NCBI GenBank assembly: GCA_025786725.1 | Contig: JAHLTZ010000013.1 | Location: 62,001 to 126,000 of the forward strand | DNA: 64,000 nucleotides | Source of the DNA: Syncephalis fuscata S228 | Lineage: Eukaryota > Fungi > Zoopagomycota | Direction: 5' to 3' | Part shown: one piece after another, positions 1 through 11,561 of the stretch | Numbering within the stretch: the stretch's first letter is position 1 | How the letters are laid out: every line of letters begins with the position of its first letter | Notes under the pieces: generated by a model | The model's database searches: none | Seen by the model: the letters and a program-made list of their open reading frames with translations, nothing else | Told to the model about the DNA's origin: nothing | Translations under genes and position numbers: made by a program

Positions 1-780
1 AGAAGGAAAGAGAAGGAAAGCGACGCACCAAGAATAGATATCTATACAAGGCATAATACGATTAGTAAGTGATCGGTTTAGTGGCAGCGTTGAAGCAATG
101 CTGCTTCGGGCCGCTGCTGCCTTTGCCACTTACCACAGGTGAAGACTTGCTGCTGCTACTGTTGTTATCGCTGAGTAATAGGCGCGGCAAGGATGAAGCC
201 GCTTTGCAATCACTAATAAAGCTTGGAAAGAAAACGCCGACAGTTACTTGGAGCAGCTATGCATATGCACACACGCAATATAGATCAAACGCAAAAGCCG
301 CAGTATATGCACTATTACGGGTGCAATGTCAAAAAGACGAGACTAGCGAGGTCACCAAGGAGAAAGAAGTGCCAAGCAACAACAAAGAGGCATAAAAGGG
401 ACTCGGGCTGGTCGTATACAAGAAGTGATAGAGAACAAACAGATACGGGCACGTACACGAAGGTAAATGCTGATGGTAGTTGCGATGGTAGTGGTTACAA
501 GATTTAAAGTGAAATCAGATGGGGAAAGACAGTGTGAAGAAAACAGTAACCGTAAGCGTGGTGAGAAGCGTAAGTGTCAACACAGTCTGGCTGTTTACTA
601 ATAATGTTGCTGTTACTGTGTTACAACCACTAGTGTTGTTATTGCTGTGTTGTTGCTAAGAGTAAGAACGAAATGCGGGAATTATCGACCTGGTGGACTA
701 TTACTGATCAATTCTAACTTTCCCCTTCCCCTTCACACAGTCATTCATCAGTCATTCATTTGTCACAAGGCTTATGGATG

Positions 781-1145
781 TAACATGTAGATCAAATCAT
801 GTGATCTATTCACATAAAGTGTGTGATCAAGTTGTTACTGGTCGAACAATTGCTTCGACTCCCACTTTTTGAGTTTCCAAAGTAAAATTTGTTCCAATCA
901 AAGTCATGTTGTTGTTATATGCAAATAGTTATGTTAATTCCTATTAAAATAAGTTAATAAATTGATTTAAACAAATAATGGAACATACTATTTGATTTTG
1001 TTGAGACATTTGAGGCCAATCATTGTTGCTGTTGGTCATGTATAGAAAGATTGATCGAATATTAATAGAAGCCATACAATTGTGATTTCACGTCGTTCCA
1101 CAGTTGTTGTTGTTGTTGCATTAATATATACATACTATGTACTAT
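781..1145. repeat. Dispersed AT-rich repeat, copy A
   Basis: The reverse complement of 851-1140 aligns by eye with 61412-61698 (ttggaacaaattttactttggaaactcaaaaagtgggagtc vs ttggaacgaattttgctttgaaaactttaaatgtgggagtc). 983-1075 is also a direct, diverged match to 58824-58918. Confidence 0.8.
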
Positions 1146-1212
1146 TTCATTTTAACTTTAAATTTATTAGCCATTTATTATGATTTATGCTTAAACTGAC
1201 TAAATTTAACAC

Positions 1213-2121
1213 CATTCAATCTATTGAATATGATGATGAGTGGTGAATGACATTAGTCATCAAAACACTGGTCATTGTAGATTTATTATCCAGTATGCAT
1301 ATATTCTATATTCACCTATATCATTCCCATTCTAGCACATACTATTATACATCATGCTATGATATATTAGACACGTTCTATTGTTTATATGCTCCAATAT
1401 ACTTTACTCATTCTCCTCATTGCGTTATATATGCTATAGCTTTAACACCATTTTATACTTTTTTACCGTATATTTATCATTCTATATAGCATTCTATACT
1501 CACTTTGCCTTCCTCTATCCAAAGCTATTTTTATTTTTGTTCTAGCACTATTATCAACAAATGTCGACTAATTCCACTCTTTAAGCATGCATATATACTC
1601 AATGACTTCAACATAGTTAATCGTCATTTCATACCGTATTTTTTATATTGTATATTGTTTTATTGTATAATAAATACGTACTATCTATTGCACTTGTTTT
1701 TTTTGTTATAGCACTGTTATTAATAAGGTTCGACTAATGTTGGTCATCTGCTCATGCATATATGTTCAATAACTTTAACGTTGCTATTCTCGTTTAATAT
1801 TGCATATTCATTACAATATTTATTATTTTATTATATATTGGCCATACGCTGTCTATAACCGTTGTCGGTATGGTTCCAGCTTTTTCATTAATAAAAATTG
1901 ACTTATTGCACTTAGTTTGTTTACTGAGTTATATTGATAGAACAAATAATATGAATATGAAATTAGCTATGGTTTTAATGTTAATCAAGCAAAATGACGG
2001 GCATATATAGTAATAACACATACTGTGATGCTATATGTGTACTAGATAATAAATCTACAATGATGAGTATTTGATGATTGATGTCACTCACCACCCATCA
2101 GCATGTTCAATAGATTGAATG
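1213..2121. mobile_element. Non-autonomous MITE-like element with ~90-bp imperfect terminal inverted repeats
   Basis: 1213-1303 (cattcaatctattgaatatgatgatgagtggtgaatgac...) is a diverged reverse complement of 2032-2121. No coding capacity, and no clear TSD seen. Confidence 0.6.
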
Positions 2122-2163
2122 TGCAGTTCAACTACGCGAATGTTATTAAAAATAATTATTTGA
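1386..2163 (+). repeat. Left arm of ~778-bp near-perfect inverted repeat
   Basis: Reverse complement of 4283-5060 with only a few substitutions. It gives identical 68-aa ORFs at 1505-1711(+) and 4735-4941(-). Confidence 0.95.
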
Positions 2164-2375
2164 GCATTAAATTACACTAAACTATTAAATAATTATTCAA
2201 TGTTTGTAAATTTTAATTAATTAATGATTAGTTAGTATGTACAAATATAATATTTGTATTATTATTATTATTATTAAATGCAATAAAATATATTGATTAT
2301 ATTGCTGTTAGTTAAAAGGTGCAAAGGTATGAACCTTTGCGCCTATTTATTTAGTAGCTGTGTGTTTGTGTTTGA

Positions 2376-2482
2376 TTGCTTGTATTTGGCTGCTTGTATT
2401 TGGTTGTTTGTATTTGGCTGCTTGTATTTGGCTGCTTGTGTTGTGTTGCTTGTATTTGGTAGCCTGTGCTGGTATTGTTTGG
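2376..2482 (+). repeat. ~14-bp tandem repeat (tgcttgtatttggc)
   Basis: Repeated ttgtatttgg[c/t]tg units seen directly. Confidence 0.85.
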
Positions 2483-2794
2483 TAATATCGGAATGGCGCT
2501 GTTATTATTTATAGCAGTTATGATTGTACATGTATTTCTAAAAAGAAATATAAATGTGTGTGAAGTATGGGCCGTAGTATACACAAGTATACACGGTTAA
2601 GTATACTTCACACGCAGCCTTTCTGCGTAAACGCATACTCGGACTGCTTAATATATCTTGTAAACTACGCTGTAGCCACCCTATGTACATAATAAACAAA
2701 GGGGACACAATGTAGCCACTTGCACTATCCATAGCAGATTGGCTATGATGTCTGCAGCCACCATAGCCATGGCTACTACAAACAGTGATAAACG

Positions 2795-3222
2795 GCTATC
2801 TAAAATCTAAAATAGCTCAAAGTTAGTATGTTAGTATATAGTTACTTAAATTTTGAAATTGTCGTTGTTGTGTGTTAGCGGCCGGTTATCTAAATCTAAA
2901 TATTATAAGTTAGTGTGTTAGCATATAGTTACCTAAAATTTAAAGTTAATGCTGTTTAACGTGTTAGCGGCCGGCTACCTAAAAATCCAAAATATAGCAA
3001 ATTAGTACGTTAATAGCGGCCATTCAAAATTTAAATATAACAAATTAGTATGCTAATAATAAGCATCCAAAATTTAAATGATAAATTAATATGCTAATAA
3101 TGAGCATCCAAAATTTAAATATAACAAATTAGTATGTTAGTAGCGACCATCTAGAATCTAAATATAACAAATTAGTAGGTTAGTAGCGACCATCTGAAAT
3201 CTAAGTCTAATAAATTAGTATT
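2795..3222 (+). repeat. Degenerate ~43-bp minisatellite array
   Basis: About 10 copies of aaatYtaaatataacaaattagtatgYtaRtagcgRccatc-like units. Confidence 0.8.
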
Positions 3223-3637
3223 TTTTTAGTCTTGGGTAGCCGGCCGCTAACACAATAAAATAAGCTTGTAATCTTAATTTCTGTAATCTAAACTCTATGC
3301 TAATCAATGCAGGTTAGTACGTTAGTAGCTGACTGTCTGTAGGTTAAATAATTAAACTATATTAGTAGCTTGATAAGCGGCCGCCCGTAAATCTAAAGCA
3401 TTATGTGTTAAGCTAGTATCCATGGTATAATCTATAATAGCAATAAAGTCAATAATTAGTTGTTTAAAGTACGAATTTATTGAATATAAAAGTTAGTGAC
3501 AAATTTAATTTAGTTACTTACTATTGCACTGATCGTGCACTATAGGGAAATACCAGTAAATAAATTATTTAAACGTAGAAAAAGAAAAGAGGAGGAGAGC
3601 AATGTAGAGTTAAAGGAAAGAAGAAAAAAGAAAGAGT

Positions 3638-3933
3638 TTGGCAGCATATGGTCAACACAGTCATTGTGCTGGCGGCTGTCCGCAAGGCAGAGCGATACCA
3701 CTAGCACTGCTATACGGTTGTATAGCAGGGTGATATGCAAAGCCAGGAGGGACATACTCATACCAGCCGTACAACAATGGTGACTATAGCAGAAAGAGAA
3801 CAGTATATGCTTGGTAGCATATATCCATCACAGTTAGCATACTAGCAGCTGCCCACAAGATAAAACGACACCGCTAGCACTGCTGTACGGCGCCATACAG
3901 CAGGGCGGTATGTAGTACCGAGACGAGGCATAC
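3638..3933. repeat. Two diverged ~120-bp GC-richer modules (period ~176 bp), each with a hairpin
   Basis: ctagcactgctatacggttgtatagcagggtgatatg (~3701) vs ctagcactgctgtacggcgccatacagcagggcggtatg (~3874). Confidence 0.7.
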
Positions 3934-4282
3934 TTATACTAATAAAACTAACCACGACATATACTAGACAAAGCATATACCAAACTTATAGAAGCGAGTG
4001 TGAAGTGAGGAAGAGTGGCTAATGGATAGGCGCTGTCAAGTGTGGAGGAAGAGAAAGAGGAAGGTGTGACGTAAATCGTGTGCTATGTGATCGGTAGACT
4101 GTTTTTATAGTGTGGGTGTAAGTGCTGATGTAATATGAATAAACAATCATTATAATTGGCGCCAATTGATTTGTTTGACAGCATTCGTGCCGTCAAACTA
4201 AACGTTTATTTTATTGAACATGGGACCGGGTAATCATTTTTATTAAATCATCAAATCATTAGATTATATTATGATTTGGAGG

Positions 4283-5060
4283 TCAAATAATTATTTTTAA
4301 TAACATTCGCGTAGTTGAACTGCACATTCAATCTATTGAACATGCTGATGGGTGGTGAGTGACATCAATCATCAAATACTCATCATTGTAGATTTATTAT
4401 CTAGTACACATATAGCATCACAATATGTGTTATTACTATATATGCCCGTCATTTTGCTTGATTAACATTAAAACCATAGCTAATTTCATATTCATATTAT
4501 TTGTTCTATCAATATAACTCAGTAAACAAACTAAGTGCAATAAGTCAATTTTTATTAATGAAAAAGCTGGAACCATACCGACAACGGTTATAGACAGCGT
4601 ATGGCCAATATATAATAAAATAATAAATATTGTAATGAATATGCAATATTAAACGAGAATAGCAACGTTAAAGTTATTGAACATATATGCATGAGCAGAT
4701 GACCAACATTAGTCGAACCTTATTAATAACAGTGCTATAACAAAAAAAACAAGTGCAATAGATAGTACGTATTTATTATACAATAAAACAATATACAATA
4801 TAAAAAATACGGTATGAAATGACGATTAACTATGTTGAAGTCATTGAGTATATATGCATGCTTAAAGAGTGGAATTAGTCGACATTTGTTGATAATAGTG
4901 CTAGAACAAAAATAAAAATAGCTTTGGATAGAGGAAGGCAAAGTGAGTATAGAATGCTATATAGAATGATAAATATACGGTAAGAAAGTATAAAATGGTG
5001 CTAAAGCTATAGCGTATATAACGCAATGAGGAGAATGAGTAAAGTATATTGGAGCATATA
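4283..5060 (-). repeat. Right arm of ~778-bp inverted repeat (truncated inverted copy of the TIR element)
   Basis: Reverse complement of 1386-2163. Confidence 0.95.
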
Positions 5061-5253
5061 TATTAGATTTGATTGAGTTTTACATGGAATTTCATATTTT
5101 TTATTTCCAAAAATGTATGGGACAGTGAGACACAATACGGTATTTGTATTAATGCTTAATACTACTTTATTACTATTTTATTTTTGCCAATAGCATAGGC
5201 AAACAATAAAGTTCTAGTTGCCATCAATAGTGGTATGTTTAATTCTTGACAGT

Positions 5254-5726
5254 TTATGAAGCACTGCGGAGTTTTGGTATAGGCTTGGGCTCCCTTAAGT
5301 TCTCGTTAGATGCAACGCATATTCCTGGCGCGTCAGTTGCTTCTTTATATCCACTGCACTTCATGCCATCGTCACATACGTATTTATAGTCATCGCATGG
5401 CTTGCCCAAATAAGCTACCTCATGACATATGCCTATCATTCTATCTATAATTTTGAATCTGGGTGGTTGTCCACATCGTAGTCGTATATTGCAGTTGGTG
5501 TTGGTAACATCATCCATACCACAAGGCTTAAGAAAGCCCAGCTGATTATCAGCTACACCGAACGAAAACGGGCCAAACTCAACATTTACCGCTACAATAA
5601 ATCTATCTGTTAGTTTTCATATTTTTAATAGACTATCGATAACCTACAGCCTAGCTTAAATGTCTTTGTGGCACTGCATAGTGGAATTGCCGTCAAAAGC
5701 GCAGCAAGCAATACGTAACGTTTCAT
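5254..5726 (-). CDS. Small secreted cysteine-rich protein (2 exons)
   Basis: Signal peptide MKRYVLLAALLTAIPLCSA. A GT-AG intron (5592-5647) joins in frame to an exon with 8 Cys (…KPCGMDD…CNIRLRC…ICH…PCDD…VCDDGMKC…GICV). Confidence 0.8.
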
Positions 5727-6450
5727 AATAGTCGTTATAGAATTGAAATGACGGAAGGTGTTTAAATCAACGACGTGAATAAGCGATAGTGATTTAGCAA
5801 GTGGCAAAATGGAATGGCGTTTATTCTATGACAAAAACGGAATGCGTATGTTGAGGAGGAACTGCCTACAATTCTTTTGCTTTTAAGTGGATTTTAAACT
5901 CTTTGTTTGATCCACATGCTATCGACCAAAACGGTATTTTTTCTATTCAAAACAGCCAAATAGGGAACTATGGGGCATTCACCACTATCTTAATGGAGTT
6001 TTTATTTCAAACACTGAAATGCTAAAAGAATCAACCAGTTCAGCCAGTTAAAGTGGCAAATTGGTATTTGCAGTAAATCCGATAGTATGGCAGCCGTGGA
6101 TTAGTTTGCGTGTAGACATGCAAAGTTCTCCTGAGCCCGTTGGTTATTTGATCGCTTTAATTGTAAATTTGATTTTGTGTATTTTTCAAATTTCAAAATC
6201 AGCTTACAAATTAGTAATAAACAACACATGGTATACATTTGAAGTTGTAAATGAAGTGTTATTGATCAATTTAGCACTGCCTGCGTGTAATGTGCCTGTT
6301 AAATATACTCTATAAACAACTCCATAGTTTTACTTTAAAAACTAGATTACAGTTTATTTTAAATTGAAATAAACGATTATCACATATGTGTCTATTCTAT
6401 TCCTTACTAAAGGGACTGAATTGCCGATAACCGGTCCGGACGGCAACTAC

Positions 6451-7457
6451 CTATTCTGGCATAAGTATGTCTTTAACGCTCTCCTTTACTATAGCATTAA
6501 GTTTAGCCGGTGGCATGGTCGGGTACTGGGATTTGTAGAGAAAAGTAAACATATTGATGATATTGTTATTTATGTATGTATTGTAAGGTGATTTCTTTCT
6601 TTGAAAGTCGTATATAGCGTATACACGGTTAAAGGTTGAAAACAATACATTGTACTCAGAATTGATACAGATTTCTAAAAAACATATTAGTACTATTGCC
6701 ATGCTTTAAATGATAATTTAACTTACGTCCAATACTGAAACTATAGTCCCAATCCATTGCTTGCAAGTAGCGCATGCCTAGTGTATTATTATTAAACTAA
6801 TAAAAAACACCACCTATTATAAATAATTACCTTTAATAATCTGATTTTTAATAATGGTCACCAATTGAACGATATGATCCTGTTCTTTAATAAGTTGATT
6901 ATTGATATAGTCGAATAGCGTTGTATCGCACTTTCGCAATGACACGTAGCAGTGGCCTTTCTTTAATGGAAATTCATAAATATAGCTATTAACGTAGACT
7001 TTGCCACTGCTAATTGGGTGATCTGAAGGAAGTGGTCTAGTTCTAAAGCTCTATAAATATATCGTTAAAAGCTATAACTATATAACACTGTTACTACACT
7101 AACATACATTATATATATTAATAATTTGATTTTTGTTATTAAGACCTGTATCCCTTCCGCAGTTAACTTGCACTGGACTGTCTTTATAAAATCCATTTGC
7201 CGTATACACGTCATTATTCTTTTGGAATTGATTCATAATTTTAAGATCTGGCTGTCGGTATGCATTGGATAAATCCATTTGTCTCGTTACAACTGTATCA
7301 AAAGTTCGATTTAAACATTAGTACAGTGTATTATTTGTATATAATATTCCATACTTTGCTTAGCTTTGGATAAACTTAAACCAGTGACAGGACCGGGTGG
7401 TGTTATATCCGATATAAGCATCATGATAAAACAGCCAAGTAAACCTTTGTATATCAT
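6451..7457 (-). CDS. Putative secreted protein-kinase-like (pseudokinase) protein, 5 exons
   Basis: Four GT-AG introns give a continuous frame: MIYKGLLGCFIMMLI…YTANGFYKDSPVQVNC…GHCYVSLRKCDTTLFDYIN…NQIIKGMRYLQAMDW…QICINSEYNVLFSTF…MPE*. The pattern resembles kinase subdomains II-VII without the catalytic K, HRD or DFG. Confidence 0.7.
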
Positions 7458-7843
7458 GATGAATTCTATGTCTAAATTGAAAAATGTTAGGTTGTGTTTG
7501 TAGGAATGAAGTGTGTATGATGAATTGAAGATACTAGAAAGAATGGTGGATTATTCAGAGTAGTTATAGCAAACGAATGTGGTGCCGAATGTGTGGTTCT
7601 GATACATAGCAAGCCTCAATTTGTTAATTCAATATCTGAGCTAAATTCGAAGTTTGAAAATGTTTCAAGTTGCTACATTTTATATACATGCCAATCGGGC
7701 AATTAAATTTACAAAAAAGTAAATATCTATTTTTACCAACATTCTAGAATTGCTACAAACTATTTAACTGAATAGACGCATAACATCCTACATAGATGTA
7801 GCAATATAATATACAAATATTTATTAGTTATTCCATGTAGGTT

Positions 7844-9268
7844 CTACCCGCCACCAGATCCATTTAGCAACAACTCGTCCGTTTCTTCTTCTTTTTGAAC
7901 ACCTAGTGCTTCGCATGTCATATCCAAATCATATTCGTTAACCTGTAATAAACACAAGTATTTGATTGTTAGTTAATATCATCAAACGTTGTATTTACAC
8001 TCTGTATTCATTTCATTATGTTCGCGACAAATAACCGTATACTTACAAGAATATTGGCAGTACCATGGGTGCTAAGATAAAGCAAATTGATTCCATGGCT
8101 ATTAAGTGCTTCCGACATCGAGTAAACAATACCATAGCGATCTAATTAGAAAAACGTATACCATACAATAAATAGATATTAGTCCATTTGCCATATTCAT
8201 GATCATTCACTACTTGTGCTAGAACCGATAGCGTACGTTGTAACCCACCGTAACCAAGACTTGCTAGATGAATCTGCACAACACGTAGTGATGCAGGGAT
8301 AAGACTACGATTTAACGTATATTCATCAAAGTTATCAAGCACTTCAGAATTAGTAACAAGAGAAATACCATCGCCCGTCAGAGTGTAAGATACGAATCGA
8401 CGATCTCGTCGTTGCTGTAGTAGCTCGGGGTAGAAAAGCAGCTCGAGTACACGCATGGCCCAGCCATCCTGATGTTCTCGATTAAGGCCTACCATAGTGA
8501 GATGGTTTGTCGGGACGGTTTTCGGACATCGATGGCGCATATCCGCCATCACTTGTTGTTGTCGTCGTGGTGTCTGGGGTCGTTCAAATACCAAAGGTTT
8601 TTCCGACTCTATAGCCGATGCTGGTAGATTAGCCGGTATGGGTGACGCGAAATCAAGTTGTGTAGGCGATGGTAATGGCACATCACTAAGATCCAGATCG
8701 GGAAAAATAAATCCTTTATCCTCAAGTGCCGCTACAACTTGTCGTAATCGACGCTCTTTCACTAGCACATAGTCTGTTTGATAGGTGGACAAATAAAAAA
8801 TACTAATGCCTGCCTTGGCCAATGGGGCCGACACATCAATTATACGTTTACTTGCATTGCCTTCAAATGTATCAATCATACTACCATTTAGCCAAATGTT
8901 CAAATAAAATACCTGGCTACTTACCTTGGCCTACATCTGTATCAATCTCCAATACGCGAAACACATCTGCTTCGATGACCAATTTTACCGGATAGTTACA
9001 GGCAATCTGGGCAAAATCGGCGGTAACCGTATCCACCTCGGCAATAATCGATATTTCTAAAGCGTTTTCAGTATAATTGAAAAATGTATCGCGTCTATGG
9101 TATGGGTGGTAAGCTATATTGGTAACCATTATTTGTCAGGTATTAAAGTTTATTTACTTACTTTTTTGAAAAAAATACACTTTTTGTAACTGCGTGTGTA
9201 ATGCAGGCTCGTTGTGCCGGTGGCAAGCTTAGGAGCTGGACACGTGCAGGCAACACATAGATGCTCAT
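7844..9268 (-). CDS. CASTOR/GATS-like tandem ACT-domain protein (putative amino-acid sensor)
   Basis: ACT_7-type motifs PLAKAGISIFYLSTYQTDYVLVKE and INLLYLSTHGTANILV, plus FFNYTENALEISII. Multi-exon, ATG at 9268. Confidence 0.85.
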
Positions 9269-9770
9269 TCCGTGAATGTTTGTACTGACACTGGATTGAA
9301 GCCAATTAAGTAAGAAGCGCCGACAATAGTGATGAGCGGTAGTAAGTTGTGCTATAGACTAATTAGAATAACTATGTGATTATACAAGTAGAAAATGAAA
9401 GTAGGCTAATGGGAATAAGATGGACCAAAATAGTAGAAACAACTAAGACTTTGCAGAAACGCCGCCAAGAATGGTCGCAACAGAGGTAGAACTAGTAAAA
9501 AAATGGATTCATATGAATCGTTCTTTTTCTCTCTCTTTTAGGCAAATGGATGATAATCTGATCAGGATTAATGATCAGGATAATCTTTTAACTTGGCATG
9601 ATCGAGATTGATGTATCATCATTGTGATCATGGCAATGTTAAGGGCAATGACGAAAATACAGTCATAAAGAGTAACTAATTAATTAAGTTGCATTATTAT
9701 CATCGTTGATATTGTTTGTAAAATGTATTGTAATAATTGCTAGTGTTTATTGTTAGTTATATTATTATAA

Positions 9771-11561
9771 TCATTGAACTTTGGCAGCTACTAAACGGCG
9801 CTGCACTTTGCCTGTAGCAGTTTTGGGAATGGTATTCATAATATAGACACGCGATGGCACCTTGAAGGCCGATAGCTTTTCGCGACAATAAGTACGAATA
9901 CGCTCAGATTCAGCATCAATTTGTTCCTTTGTCGCTTGGTCAGCGTCGGGAACACGATCGGATACGATAGCACAATGAACAACTTCGCCGTAGACGTCGT
10001 CAGGTGCGGCGAAACACACGGCATCTTTTACATCTGGGCAGGATAGCAGTGCCGAGTCGACTTCGATGGGTGATATCTTTTCACCGCCCCGATTAATTAA
10101 TTCTTTAATACGACCAGTGATGGTTAGATAACCTTCGGTGTCAAGCTTGCCGCGGTCACCAGTACGGAACCAGCGGCTATCGGCATTATTAGCGGCAGCA
10201 GGTTCGAATGGATCAGCCGGGAAGAAGCCAGTACGATTGGCTTCGGGATTATCGCGATAGCCAGCGGTGACATTAAGTCCACGAACGCATACTTCGCCTT
10301 GTTCTCCGTTGGGCACGGCCTTGCCATCATCGTCACGGATGGTTAGTTCTACGCCCTGCGGCAAGCCTACAGTACCCGGGCGATGCTCCTTAGGTGGCAA
10401 TGGATTGGAGCACATCTGATGTGCAGCTTCAGTCATAGCGTAGGCTTCTAGAACCGGCGCATCAAACGCCGATTCAAGCTGATGAAGTGTGTGGGGTGCC
10501 AATGCCGACGAACACGAACGAATAAAACGTAGCTTGGGCAATGGATTAGGCAATGGCGTACGAAGTAGAATTGTATGAATTGTTGGTACTAATATTATTG
10601 TTAATAAATCTGTAGTAATAAAAGCAACAGTTATTTACCTGCAGAATACCAAGTGGCTTTAAATTTGGTGATTTGTGACCAGAAAGCACTTGCAGAAAAC
10701 TTGGCAGGAATAATACAAGCACCACCGCTTCTAAGTGTGCTCAGAAATGATGCAATAAGTCCATGAACATGGAATAGTGGCATGACTACTAATGAACAGT
10801 CGCTTTCTTTTAATTCATAGGTGCGAACAATGTTATCGAGTGTTGTGCGAATATTACGATGTGTTAATGGCACACCTATTGATAAATAATTATAAATTGT
10901 TAATTAGTAAATGAATTTACGTAAATCTGCATCATCACTTACATTTAGGACGGCCAGTCGTGCCTGAAGTATGCAATACTAGTGCTATATCGTCCGGCGT
11001 TGCTCGCCAAAGTTGGTCGTAGTTGGCGGGGGATACAGCAGTAAGCAACTGAGTCTTGCCATCCTTAAACACTTCAGTTACCGATAGATTTACTTCGTTA
11101 AATGAATTGTCCGTACTTGGCAACTCCTCGTCAATCTCAATAACACGGCAATCGAGCTCGTTTGCTGCTTTAACAGCTGCAGCGCCTGATTTCGACCAGC
11201 CAGCCGGAACAATGACCACCCGACTGCCTGTATCCTCGATGTAGAAACGCACCTCTTCAGCGTTGTAGGCAGGATTTAATGGTGCAGCCGTCCAGCCAAT
11301 ACAGGCACAAGCCAGAAAAGCAGCAGTGCAGGCTAGGCCATTTGGCAGTACTGTAATGACAATATCGCCGCGTGACAAGCCTAAAGCGCTATCAAGCGCG
11401 CTAGCAAGCTGCGCGCAAACCCGATGATACTCTTGGTATGAAATACGCTGGCTTTTCGTTGGATTGGGAATATAAATGGCCGCTTCATTATCTTGTGCTT
11501 CATTGCCGCGGTGGAAGACATCGGTCAATGTAGGGCCAGCTGACGAGGTGAGTAGAGCCAT
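9771..11561 (-). CDS. PCS60: AMP-dependent acyl-CoA synthetase, oxalate-CoA ligase (PCS60/AAE3-like)
   Basis: Motifs LHTSGTTGRPK, MPLFHVHGL, EAYAMTEAAHQM, WFRTGD, GRIKELINRGGEKISP, PKTATGKVQRR. 3 exons. Confidence 0.88.

Noticed and set aside
69-507. Two short + strand ORFs at the window start
   Set aside because: Non-ATG starts and no motifs; probably the antisense of a UTR or gene outside the window.
1505-1711. Identical 68-aa ORFs at 1505-1711(+) and 4735-4941(-)
   Set aside because: By-product of the inverted repeat: TTG start, AT-rich composition and no protein features.
2795-3222. Regular repeats as a possible CRISPR array
   Set aside because: Degenerate tandem units with no unique spacers, no cas genes, and a eukaryotic context.
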